A stretch of DNA of 63,329 nucleotides, the filler included, from Octopus bimaculoides (taxonomy: Eukaryota): the NCBI RefSeq assembly GCF_001194135.2. It is 7 parts of 6 records of this genome, joined end to end, with 100 filler letters (N's around TTAATTAATTAA, not from the genome) between each part and the next. Parts side by side here need not be neighbours in the genome. Positions count along the whole stretch, not along the records: positions 19,504 to 46,645 come from NC_068981.1; positions 46,746 to 56,287 come from NW_026348884.1; 5 more parts are not named here. One strand, 5' to 3'. Of this stretch, positions 34,451 to 47,425 are shown in pieces. How positions within the stretch are numbered: position 1 is the stretch's first letter; each line of letters starts with the position of its first letter. Made by a program: the position numbers and the translations under genes. A model generated the notes under the pieces. The model saw only the letters and a program-made list of their open reading frames with translations. It was not told the origin of the DNA and did no database searches.

Positions 34451-37400
34451 TCGCGTTAATAATGAGTAAATATTGATTAGTTTTCATTAACCACAAGTCT
34501 TCAGAAATATTGGGGGAGAGGAAATAGAATATTATGACGTATATATATTTAACAAGTATTAGTAACAAACTTAAGTGACTTTAACTACAACCATTTACCT
34601 GTGAATACTAACATGTAAGAAAACTTCTGCATAGGCGCTCGGCCCACATGACAGCTGATAAATCTTCCTTAAATCACAGTTTACTAATTTAAGAAAGAAC
34701 AGCACATTGAATAATGTACTCATAGATACACTATGCCATGGAAAAATTGGGATAGTGACAATTGGAATGTCTTTGATAATAGGTCCATTTCATCAAGGCT
34801 TACCTAAGGACCAACAACAACATACGTAGTTACAGATCAGTTTCAATTGTCAGAAACATTGTATAGTGTAAACAAGTATTTCATTTCTGAGTACTGAAGA
34901 GTTTTACTCAACTCTATCGCTACAACCTTTGACACTTTCATCAATACACCAAAGTCGACTAGATATGAACGGTGACTCTTTCGTCAATAACAATATTCAG
35001 TGTCAACATATATAGAGTTTGGCTTGATAAATCGTAAAGATAGCTAATAATTGATTAATTAATGATATTATTAGGAAACTTCAATAGCTTTATTTACTTC
35101 TTGTAAATAATTCTTTCTACTATAGGCACAAGGTTTGAAATTTGGGAGAGAGGAATGGTTGATTACATCAACCCCAGTACTCAACTGGTACTTAATTTAT
35201 CGACCCCGAAAGGTAAAGTCGACCTCGGCGGAATTTGAACTCAGATCGTAACGAAAGACGAAATAGACGAAATACTGCTAAGCACTTCGCCTGGCGTGCT
35301 AACGAATCTGCCAGCTCGCCGCCTTCACTTCTTGTGAATAATAATATATAAAACTGAATGTTTACTCTGCTTTTGCATTCTTTCAGATTTATAAGCCATT
35401 TTACTTTGTGAAATGACCGAATTGACAATGTACTAAGGTTATCAATTGGTAAGTTCTTAGTTCGCATCAATTGCATCCGCATCATAACCAGTCAGCCTCA
35501 ACTCAACAGGGTCTCGGAAATAAGTGCGCATCGTTGTAGGTCAGTACGAAATCTAAACTATTTTATTTTTTTAAACCAACTGATCACATTTTGAATTATA
35601 ACATTTAATTACAAAGAAACAAAGGAATAGAAAAATAAAACAAAAAGGGAAAATTATTTTCATTCCAGTTTGAATCGATTTCACCTACTTTACCAATGTC
35701 CTTTACTAAGAAAGAAAATAATTATGAGATGCCGTATCTAGCCAAAAGAAAATATTTTCATTGCCAAAATGTTATTGGTTCCAAATTTTTGCCCAATGCC
35801 AGCAATTAAATCGACCCCAGTTTTCAACTGGCACTTATTTAATCGATCCCAAAGGGATGAAAGGCTAAGTAGACCTCGGCAGAATTCTAACTCAGGACGT
35901 ACAGATGGACAAAATGCAGCTAGGCTCGAAGCAACAGAGTTGAGTAACATATTTCAGTACTCAGAAATTAAATACTTGTTAACTTTATACAGTGTTTCTG
36001 ACTTTTGAAACAATTATCTGTAACTACAGATGTTGTTGGTGGTCCCTTGATGGAGTGGACTTATTATCAAAGACATTCCAATTGTCACAACCCCATTTTC
36101 CCTGGCATAGTGTATCTACGAGTACATTTAAAGCTCAATGCCGATTGTATAAAAATCATTCAGTAGTATTTGGAATGATATAAATCTACGTTGGTTGTAA
36201 TCATACTGCCTAGTTTTTGAAATAAAGCAGCTGAATGTTAATTGTAATAAGATCTTAAAATTGTTTGTGAAGTCGCACCTAGGTGATGATTGTAATGAAA
36301 CAGCCTGGCGGTAGTTGTAATAACACAATTGAAAACGTGGTTGTTATGCCACAAGTCAGTGTCATTGAAAAGAAACCTCAGCAGTTGCTTCAATTACATA
36401 ACTCAGTGCTGATTGTAATGGAACAGCTTTGTGGAAGAGGCATTGTTGACAATGAAAGAAACAATACCGAGGAATAAAAAAATAACTTGGTTTTCCTGAA
36501 TTACCAAAATCAATAATCTTAAATTTCACACTTTTTAATGATGTGATGAAATATAACGAATGCCAAAAACATTGCATCTTTTCGAGATTTTTCTTGATTT
36601 GTGCGACATTACTTCTTATATATTTGATTGTTTTGATCATGTTTAATTCTACGGGGGACGAATATACATCTCCATTCATAAATTTCTTTACGGAAAACTT
36701 TCAAACAAGTTATTGATACTGTACCATTTCTTCCACTTTGTCACTTCTAAAATAATGGTTTCTCATATTGAAATACACATCTCATGTAAGTAATATAGCC
36801 TTAATATTCCATTGAGTGATGCATCTCGAAGGCCAAATTATGTGTCATATAATCACTACAGTAATATGAAAGACATCTTTAGATTCCAACCATTTGTCCC
36901 TGTCAATTTTGCCGCACTTACTCATCTAAGGACAATAATAGACAAACTGATAGGGGAACGATATAATCAGTTTAATCGCCCATATTATATTCTATTCTTA
37001 TTTTAATAACTTCTGGAAAACTAAGTTTAAAATAAGTGTCAGTCGATTACTGTAGATTATTGAAACCAGTGGAGGCTTGCGATATCCATTCAGGCTCTTT
37101 ATAGTCTGACATTGTGACAACACTGCTACCAAACTCTATTGATTCTAATGCGGCAATCATTCCTTTAGACATCAGTAGCGTGGGGATGAGAGACTTGTCG
37201 GTATGGGTAAATTCTAGTCTTCCATAAATAAAGCCTTACTCAAATCTGAGTATATATCTAACCAACTCTGTCCGGCGGATACTCTTCTTAACTGAAATAG
37301 GCAAGATTTAGTAACATAACCCAAGTATATATCTGGTACTATGATGAAAAACAAGATCTACAATGGCTGGTTTTGAACTCACAACGTAAAGGAATGTAAC

Positions 37401-38526
37401 TACATAACATAGTGAATGTAATCCAGCAATCTGCTTTCTACCGCTCCACTTTCTAATCAGTTAGAAGTAACGCTTTCCAGATAAATCTAGATAACTGTTT
37501 TATTATTGTCAATTCAAAGCAAACAAATAGTATTTCATATCGTTGTAAAGGATATCCTTTGTTAGGGTCTTATGTAGATTTGAATATGTTTCTTTTGTAA
37601 ATCTATAATCTGTGATAGGTTATATGTCAGCCAATCATCTCTAAGAAATGTTGAATACGTTTTGGTAAATTAAAAAGCAGAAAGATTCTTCTTCCAAGTT
37701 ATTTATTCTCTAAAATATGTCAGAATGTTCCTTTTGTTCCTTCTTAGATATTAAATTCATAATATGATTGGTTGGCTAGTTATTAGCATGGTTTCTCTAG
37801 AGCAATAAAGTTATATTTAAACATTCTTTTTGTTGCTTTATGAAAAATTCCATGACAGCCGGATATGTTAGCAACAGAAACGAGTAAATGCAGAAAAGAA
37901 ATTCTCTACTGACATCTTTAGAAATTTCTGATTTGTCCGTGACCGTTGCTCAGACATTCTCAAGCGGAAAACGTCTTGATGAAGTAACACGGATATGAGT
38001 ATTTGTCTAATAACCTGCCAATAACTAAGTTCATAGAAACATGAAATCTTCAGTAAGATGATTAAAGAGGGTTGACATGACATAATTGAATGTATACTTG
38101 AAATAAGAGTGGCTAATTTCATATAAATTTTCAAAACCATAGAATAACTAATATGATAGCTCAGCTGAAGCTATTTGAAAGTATATCAACACTTTCAGTT
38201 GATGAAATATTAAAGTAAGTCGCCAGCCAAACGAAAGAAAATTATGATAAATATACTTCGGATAGAAAAACATCTAACTGAACACATAGTTTCGTTCTTT
38301 TACATTTACCTTTCACTTATATGGGTGTTAAGTCAATAAGTATCAATAATATATTGGGACTGGTTCACTCTTCTAAGTCCACCCACCACCTGCTCAAAAT
38401 TATCTTGAACCTCATAAAGAAAAAGAAATAATGCGATAATGAAGGAATAAGAAAAGTAGCAAACGATAGTTAGCAAAATTGAACATTCATCAAATATAAC
38501 TCATTTCTTTCCTTTTCTTACTGCAG

Positions 38527-38573
38527 TTGTCGTTGCTGATGTTTATTTCGACATCAGTCCTAATCGAGCAGAA
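38527..38573 (+). CDS. Candidate orphan exon
   Basis: Long pyrimidine tract plus tgcag acceptor, GAA|gtatga donor; open frames (e.g. VVADVYFDISPNRAE). Confidence 0.3.
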
Positions 38574-38899
38574 GTATGATGAAAAGCATTCCAATTATAG
38601 TTACTTCACCTTTTTAAGAGTATATAGAACTACATTTCTGATGTATTGTTTCTTTCTTTAAGACGCTAGAATACAGTTTGAGAGAGATTTAATAGCTACT
38701 TCTATCAGGTTGAGCAACCATATAGAAGCTCCCTTGTGGTCAAAATTCTTATGTTGCATTCTTCTTATGAGACAATGTGTATGAGTATGTTTCATGTGTG
38801 TGCGTCTGTGTGTGATATTTAGACTGAAAGCCCCAGCATTGTTCATCGGTTTCATCATTGTTTGCTGTTCAACATGCCTTTAGAGTTTATCCCGGAGTA

Positions 38900-41210
38900 A
38901 CATTGACCCCTTTCCTCGGTATCTCTACCAGACAAAGATTTCTAGAAATTACCCATGGGCCCCGGCCCGGAGAAGAAAGCCTAGTTTCCCCGCGGACGTC
39001 TTCGCTCTTACACACTACTAGTCCCCTGTAGAACACCATAGTTAAAACATCCACCGGCTATACAGTCTGAACGGTGGAGGGACGTGAGTGCCTGACGAAA
39101 CTTCGCATACCAGGCGCCATAGCTCTGTCTATGTTTCACCCAAGACTATAGCTCTACCAAACGAATAAGTTGTGAAAAAGCGTGTCTAACAAACGCACCC
39201 CACCTCCAGTAAGCGTAAACGTAAGCGTTCCATTCTGGTCAGCCATGAAACAGGACAATGCACAACAGTCAGGCAGTAGTAGAATACGGATGCGATGTTA
39301 TTCGTTACCTCCATCCGAACATTCAGGGTCATTTTCCTCTTGGTGAGACTCTTCCCAATATTTGTCAAATTGGGAGTCTGAACCAAATCAAACACCAAGA
39401 AATTTAACTCTTCCTTTCGTCCAGCGTATCACAATGCTGCAAACCTACCTATTTCTATTTAATTTTTGCTTCAGTCACGGCCTCTTATTCTCAATGTTTT
39501 TAGAAACTGACAATATTACGGTGACATAGTCCATATATGTAAACGCGGATCCTCCGCATTCTAGTTCGCGAGGGATGACCCTCGAAGTCGCCAACATCTA
39601 CAGCTGTGACTCCGGAGTCAGCACGCACAGAAAGAGAAGAGAGTGGGTATCCTTGACGTAGTGAACACATGACACTAAACAGTTCCGATTAGATGGCCAT
39701 TTACTTTAACCACCGAGGAAATGTCAGTGTACATTGCAGTGATTCAGCTTCTGAAGATGGGCTCAAAACTAGCCGCCTTGAAAACAGTCAATAAGTATTG
39801 ACGGCCGACCCTACTGAAAGATTTCGATTGATCTAAATTGACCATGCCGAGAGTCGTTGCACGGCACGGAGGAACGTAGTAAAATCTACCTCCGTCTCCG
39901 ACGCTGTACCCCGAGCAGTTGAGCAAAACGCCACTGAAAAGCCACACACATCTGCTTGAGATCGAGCACCAAACGTTCATCCCGGCGCACCAAAGACTGT
40001 AATGTGACTTTGTCGCCTCGTTGTGCCTCTATCAGGTCCACAAGAACGGTTTTCGTTTCCTTCTGTCTTAGACCACACTCCCCAGCTCTGATATTGCAAC
40101 CTTCATGCTTCGCGTTGAAATATTGGTCAAGGTCTCCCTTCGAGCACGTCCGTCACGATACATTTCCTAAGCGCTTCTTGTACATTCCTAACTAGATCTC
40201 CTTCCCGTTAAACTTCCGAACTACTACTTCCTTACTGAACTTTATCAACTCTAATTCAATACCCTTTTTCAGGGCTAACCACCAATTGTTGTTAGCGATT
40301 GACTCCCATAACCGCCTGCTTGACTAATTTGCTAAGCCGGTTTCTGTAAGGTTGGTGCACCGGGAAAGACGCATTCACCTTCCAGCAACCGAGATTCTGT
40401 CAATGAAGTCTATCTAGATCGACCGTACAGATCTCAAATTTGTTGTCTTTGTATCGGACTACTTTACATTGTGGACAACTTATACTATCCCTGTCTATTG
40501 GCTTACATTAAAATCTATTAAGATACGATATGGATGACCCGGTGTTGTTTGTTTTCGAGTAATATGATCAGTCTGTTGACAGTTGAAAACGTCTGAGCAA
40601 GTTTGCGAAACTTTTACATCCACCTTTCCTATCGGCAAACTCCACCACAGACTCTTTGTGCATTCAAGATACTGTTCCAATCAAGTAAAAGCACTAAAGA
40701 GCTTTCTGAAAAATAAGACTGGTCACCCGTTCCTATCTGAATGCCTGACTTTCACTACCGATCACGCCCACAAAAGTTTGATCTATCTTCCTGTATCTAG
40801 TAGTATAGTCCGTATTCCAAGATCCAGCCCTTTCCAAAACAACACAGCAGCTCACCCATCCATTCCCGGAAGACATTGGAATGCGAACGGCTCGAAGCCT
40901 GCGACATTGAAAACAGAATGTCTCAAGGAAATGGAAGATTTCCGGGGCACTATTAATAAAAGAATTTATAAAGAACTGCTTGTACAAACAGTTACAAATA
41001 GCCGGAAGAACGGGACACCTGTCCTCTCACAGAAATAAGGGAAGAGGTCTTTCTCCCTTTCTTCCTTCTTGTCAAACATGGCCGTATTCAGAATAGGCAG
41101 TGGTGAACTTCGTGGCTTGGGATCACACTGGAAGCAGGGCCACCTGCTCAATGAATTCAGTTCGCTATATAAAGATACGGTGGTTATCAGCGAGACAAGA
41201 ATTCAGTGAC
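38900..41210 (+). mobile_element. L1/Tx1-like LINE 5' part (decayed ORF1, start of ORF2 endonuclease)
   Basis: ORF2 start MAVFRIGSGELRGLGSHWKQGHLLNEFSSLYKDTVVISETR at 41078 fits the NVRGL...K...D..I.ET AP-endonuclease pattern; upstream GC-richer broken frames are read as ORF1 by inference. Confidence 0.6.
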
Positions 41211-41453
41211 CTTCACATCTTTTCCTGCACGTTTCAGTCGTTTGCATTTGAAAGTCTGTACGCCGAGCAAAATATTTAACGGCCTTTCGTCCGTTTAAAC
41301 GTTCTGAGTTCAAATTCCGCCGAGGTTGACTATACCGTTCAGCATTTCGGCTCAATAAAATAAGTACAAGTTGAGTACTGGGTTTGATGTAATCAACAAG
41401 CCCTCTCCCCGGAAAATGCTGGCCTTGTGCTAACAGTTCTCTCAACTTGTGCT

Positions 41454-41510
<57 letters not shown>

Positions 41511-41514
<4 letters not shown>

Positions 41515-41700
41515 TCCCTGAATATCTGAACAGATGGAAAGAGGACATAGGCATAAAACCCAGTTTAGTACAGCTGCAGAAAACAGTGTTATTAGGGACA
41601 GTTAGGATACTTAGGAGGGTTCTTGGCATCTAAGGCAACTTGTTGTAGCCCGATGTTGGGATTCTTTTCTTTTCCAACAGTCTAATCTGTTTATTGTATA
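41511..41700 (+). mobile_element. R4-like LINE extreme 3' end between (TAA)n tracts
   Basis: QLQKTVLLGTVRILRRVLGI*. Confidence 0.7.
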
Positions 41701-41743
41701 TGAATAACAACAATAATAATAATAATCCTTTCTATTATAGGCA

Positions 41744-42244
41744 CGAGGAAGCTTACAAATACAAAAAAGAAGTCATAGTCCCCTAACAACTATGAAGAAA
41801 AAGAAGAAACAACAAAAGCTGTAAAACAACTGAAATCCAATCAAAAACTGGAACAGCAATGGATCGTGATAAAACGATGGCAAGAAAAGCTCCTTCATGG
41901 CAAATATTAGGTTAAACTAAAGAGATTAGAAATAGACAAAGCAAAATCTCAGGAATGGCTGAGAAGCTCAGCACTCAAAGCAAAGACTGAAGGATTTTAA
42001 TTGCAGCAGAAGATCAAAACGTTCCCACCAGAAATTACCAGAAACATATAATGGGAAGAAATACAAGTAACTGTAAAATTATTTGAGATGGAAAAGAAAT
42101 AATAAATCATATTGTCCCTGGTGGCCAAATCCTGGCTAACAAGGAATATATTCACAGACACGACAGAGTTGGGACCGATATACAGTGGAAACTATGCCAA
42201 CACTATGAAATAACAACAGGAAAAAGGTGGTATAGGCACACGTC
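41744..42244 (+). mobile_element. R4/Dong-like LINE internal fragment
   Basis: Homologous to 9185-9835. Confidence 0.85.
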
Positions 42245-42750
42245 AGTAAAGGTCACTGTGAGAACGGCCACCAAGTATTAAGCCTTTAGATTGAACTAAA
42301 TTGACCAAGGCTCCACCTATGTCAGTTCCTTTACCCAATCTGTCTATGATGTATCGCATTAGGTAGAGGTTGTTGTGGATGGAACTGCTTGGTTTGGCAC
42401 ATTTTTGCGCATCACCAATCAGCTCCTCGATGACTAGCACCAACCTCTTTGCTAAATCCTTGGCCAAAATTTTGAAATCTGCGTTCAGCATTGTTATTGG
42501 ATTAAAATCTTCTCTTTGGTCTCCCTTTTTTTGGTCCTTTCTCAGCAGTTCCACAGCTCCTCAACCCACAGAACTAAGAATTCTCCTGTTCTGCTGCCAA
42601 TTGCGGTATATATCTGCAAAGGGACTGCCAAACAAGTCTGTGCAAGCATGCACCTTAGCTATGACAATGCATCCTTCGTGCTTAGCGTTGAAAAATTGGT
42701 ACAAAGCCAATCTTGCCGCCAGCACGTCAGCTACGATACCCTAAGTGCCT
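42245..42750 (-). mobile_element. L1/Tx1-clade RT fragment
   Basis: FNPITMLNADFKILAKDLAKRL...IGDAQKC...SIHNNLYLMRYII...GALVNLVQSK. Confidence 0.85.
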
Positions 42751-42799
42751 CTTTTAAGTTTCTATATTTCCCTCCTATTCTATTTTTTGCCTTGGAAAG

Positions 42800-43245
42800 G
42801 CATTAACGATAAGCTCAGAAAATATAAAGATCTGCTAATCAAAATCGAAAAGATGTGGCACCTCAAGACGGTTACAATACCAGTGATTGTAGGAGCACTT
42901 GGAATGATCAAAAAAGGAACTGAAAATTATTTAATACTGATCCCTGGCTTACCGTCCATGCAGGAAGTGCAAAATATTGTCTTAACTGCTACGCCACACG
43001 TATTGAGAAGAGCACTGTTGCTATAAAGTTTCTTTCCTTTTCTGCCTTTTATTTGTTTACTTTTCTATTTTTTCCTTTTTCTCTCTGTCTTCCTCTTTTT
43101 CTCTACCATATGACTGTAAATTAACAGTCTGGTCTGCTTGTTATAATGGCCTACCAATGTATACAGCACGTTTCTCTGCCCTAGGTGTCAGGAGGACACT
43201 GGGCAAGAAATGGAAACAATTGAAAGAAGATGCTAATGAAAATGA
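42800..43245 (+). mobile_element. R4-like LINE RLE C-terminus and 3' UTR, (AAT)n tail to 43370
   Basis: KLRKYKDLLIKIEKMWHLKTVTIPVIVGALGMIKK...VQNIVLTATPHVLRRAL*. Confidence 0.85.
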
Positions 43246-43268
43246 TAATAATAATGATAATAATAATG

Positions 43269-43323
<55 letters not shown>

Positions 43324-43336
43324 CAACAACAACAGC

Positions 43337-43370
<34 letters not shown>

Positions 43371-44707
43371 TTTTTATTAAATACAGTAAAATACAAAGAA
43401 TATTAGCAAAATTGTGTGTGTGTGTGTGTGTGTGTTTATACACACATATACATAGATACATATACATACATACAGTCATACATAAACGCGCGCGTGGAGA
43501 ATATCTGTCTATATCTATCTGCTTATATGCAAACGTGTGTGTGTGTGTGTGTGTGTATACACATATATATATACTTGTGCATGCGTGTACATAAGTATAT
43601 ATGTGTGTTATATATGTTTATATTTGGATATATATGTGTGTCTGTGTTCATATATACATCTATATATAGATGTGTGTATGTGTGTGTTTGTGTGCACGAA
43701 ATTATACGCAATGTAGATGAAAACATTTATATCCAATTATATATATATTATCATCATAATCATTATAAGCTTAGACATGGCTAATAAACAACATACGTAA
43801 GCAGGCAATATGCGTAGGATACTCGAGTGATAAATATTTCCAATTATAGAAGTCTATTTACATGGTAATATATTTGATGACGTCACTCAAGAAAGCTATT
43901 AATCGCATCGTTTTACCATACGATTAGTGCTAATACGATAGATAAGAATACTTTTCTTCTCAAAAACAAACATTATTCCAATTGTAGAAATACATAATAA
44001 CAAATACTTGTTGAATGGAAAAAAGAAAACCAAAAAAGAAGCAGGAAAATAGTAATACTACAGCCGTTTTAACAAGTTGCTTGGTCTATCAACAAACTCT
44101 ATTATACTTCCTGTACGCGAGGAAATCAGTGAAAATAGATAAGACAAAAATTTTCTCTTGAATTCTTCAATATCAAATTTGATACATAATTGTATTTTTT
44201 AGTTCACATCCTTCCTTTTATCCTTCTTCGATTAATAAAATAAGCAATAACGTATTTGGGATTAGCTCAGTTAATCATCCTTCTTGTCTATAGCTCTTGC
44301 TTTTTGCCGAATTAAACATAATCAATATGTCATATAACGTCGTTTTAAAGTCCCAGAATTTAGTCATGAAAATGAGTCTGAATCAAAGATTTAAGTCACT
44401 GTCAAAACCATCTCACTTTTCTGACTTATTAATTAATGCATTCATGTAATGACATCTTTCCCATCGATATTTTTTCTTCAGTATTCTTGTCAGCCTTTTT
44501 AATTAGAATGTCATCTATTTCAAATATCCTGACTAAACCTAAAATATTCGCGTATATTAGCTTACTATTTTCTCATGGGTGAAATTATTTATCAAAATAA
44601 ATAACGATGAAGAAAAGGTATAAAATACCAACGCCAGAAACGTAAGATGCGGTTTAGGGTGAGTGTATGTGTTCGTGTGTATGTGTGTGTGTGTGTGTAT
44701 TTGTATG

Positions 44708-44774
<67 letters not shown>

Positions 44775-45176
44775 GTGAGTGGTGTGTGTTTGCGCGCGCG
44801 TGCGCGTGTGTATCTAGCAACAGCACTGTCCTAGATATAGAAACAGTTTTCCATAGTGGGTTCTACTGGAGTTTTGAATAAAATCAACAGTCAACCAGAA
44901 CTGAAGTAGTTTCTGGTTCTGAGTGCATTTTTTCCCATGTAATATGGGATGGCATTGAAACATAATCGTTGATTGTGAGACCTAGCAATCGTAGCGACTT
45001 TGAGAGTGAGGTACAATATTGTATTCATAATATGAACAGTGATAGTATGTCTGTACTGATGAAAGAGATGAGACTACTGTGGCCCCATTGCAGGATGTTC
45101 TCAAAGCGCTTCACTTGCCTCCAATGCCTTACTTGTATATGAGAGACATATATGTCTATCGGGTAATATTAGATAA

Positions 45177-45238
45177 ATGAATACTCCCAAAAGATATGTG
45201 TCTTGCAAACAAGACACATATCTTTTGGGAGTATTCAT
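45177..45238. repeat. Perfect hairpin, 29-bp stem, 4-nt loop
   Basis: ATGAATACTCCCAAAAGATATGTGTCTTG-CAAA-CAAGACACATATCTTTTGGGAGTATTCAT. Confidence 0.95.
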
Positions 45239-47315
45239 ATATATATATACATACATTTCATTTTTGAATTTGGCTTGCAAGATTCTTTATGTGAGTTCGT
45301 GTGTTGAAGAAAAAATAAAGAAGTAATTGAGTGGAAACTGAACCGGTGAGTATGTTAAATAATAAGGTACAAAAAGAGAATGACTCACCCCAGACACAAC
45401 AATATATATATGTGTATGTGTATATGTGTGTATGTTAAAAATATATTTCCTAATAATTAAAACAAACGCATAACTTTCTTTGAACAATTAAGCACCGCCT
45501 TGAAGGAATTTTAGTCGAAGAAATCGACCCCGTATATATTCTTTGTAAGCCTAGTACTTATTCTATCGATCTCTTTGCCGAACCGCNNNNNNNNNNNNNN
45601 NNNNNNNNNNNNNNNNNNNNNNNNNNNNNNNNNNNNNNNNNNNNNNNNNNNNNNNNNNNNNNNNNNNNNNNNNNNNNNNNNNNNNNGTTCAACAGTTTTT
45701 TTTTCTACGATAATTTCTTCGTTCAACAGCAAAAAAGTTCAATAACAGCAAAACAAAACGTTTACCGAGAGCCAGTGAAATTACCTCTTCACTGAAGTGA
45801 GGGAAGCAAGCTTCTTACCACACAACCACACCTCCGCCTATGCATTTACGTTTTTAAAACACGATAAATGCATACTGAGGGAATTTACCATTTGTCAGAC
45901 ACGACAAATTCAAACAGGATAAATAGTGGTAAAATCTCTTGAATTCGAATCACCCTTTTATTCATGTTTATAATTGAATTTATAGAACTGCTAACTGTCA
46001 GTATCGATTCATTCTCATAAATCGAATATAACCTTTACAAAATTACTTAATTCCTTTTACTTGTGTATATACTATGGAGAAGGTTCCAAACACTAATACT
46101 TTAATAAATTTATAGGGAAGGATTGCCCCAAAATCGATATCTAGATTTTTTGTTTCATGAGTTTAGCGGCATAAATGCTCATCCACTGGGACTCTTTTAT
46201 GTTTAATATCAGTTCAGTTAAGACATCTAAATTTGCCTGTTTTTACGTATATGGTAGAAAGATTTATTCTATCTGGTCTTTCTCTACACTATTTTATAAT
46301 TCGTTATTATTTCTTCAGTCGCTTCCTCACAATCTCTCTCTCCTTTCTCTCTCCCTCCCTCTCCCCCCCCCCCTTTCTCTCTCTCTCTATCTCTCTCTCT
46401 CTCTCTCTCTCCCTTTCTCGATTCTTATCACCCATTCTTTATTTTCACTCTGAAACTTTTACTCTTGAGATTTCTTTTGTTTCACTTTCTAATATTTGTT
46501 AATAAAATCTACGTAGATTCAGTTTATATATAATGAAACTAAACTAGTTTCTCAATTGGGCGTAGGTGGTTAAATCTTCATGTCAAGGGTCGTGTCCGGC
46601 TAGAAGTGGTCACAATTAGTCTAAAATAAACACCACCTTGTCATANNNNNNNNNNNNNNNNNNNNNNNNNNNNNNNNNNNNNNNNNNNNTTAATTAATTA
46701 ANNNNNNNNNNNNNNNNNNNNNNNNNNNNNNNNNNNNNNNNNNNNAAATTCCAGCTATATACGGAGGTAAGAGTTGTGGACTCTACCCTGTCTCGCAGTA
46801 ATAATGGACTGTTCCTTTGTTGTTGTTTCATATTCCCAGGTCATGCATGATAAGGCAGATTATAGATGAAATGTGTTCCAACCATGGCCTTCACATTAAT
46901 ATTGCAAACATTGTGTATAATGCGTTTTTTTTTCTCTATATATACATATAGCTAGTAGCGAGTGACTTGACGGAGAATTGGCTGCTATTTCTAGTAGGCC
47001 TAATTACCATGTAGAAATCTCCGCGGTATCGGACAAACTGGATTGTACAAACTCGCCTGCGCTCACATACATGTACTCATGTGCACATGCGCACACACAT
47101 GTACATAAACACACAGGTACTTACCTAAACATACCAGTATGCACACATAAAAAGCCTATACGTATGGCCTCATGTATAGGAATACACACACATATGTACG
47201 TATACACATACACATACATTCTAGCATTGATATACACACACAGACAGACAGACACACACACACACTCATACGCACACATAGATCTATCTATCTATCTATT
47301 TGTCTGTCTGTCTGC

Positions 47316-47367
<52 letters not shown>

Positions 47368-47382
47368 TAGCCAGTCTGTTTG

Positions 47383-47425
<43 letters not shown>

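Noticed and set aside
36362-36679. FKIIDFG kinase-like motif on the minus strand
   Set aside because: No HRD/catalytic loop upstream and no APE motif downstream.
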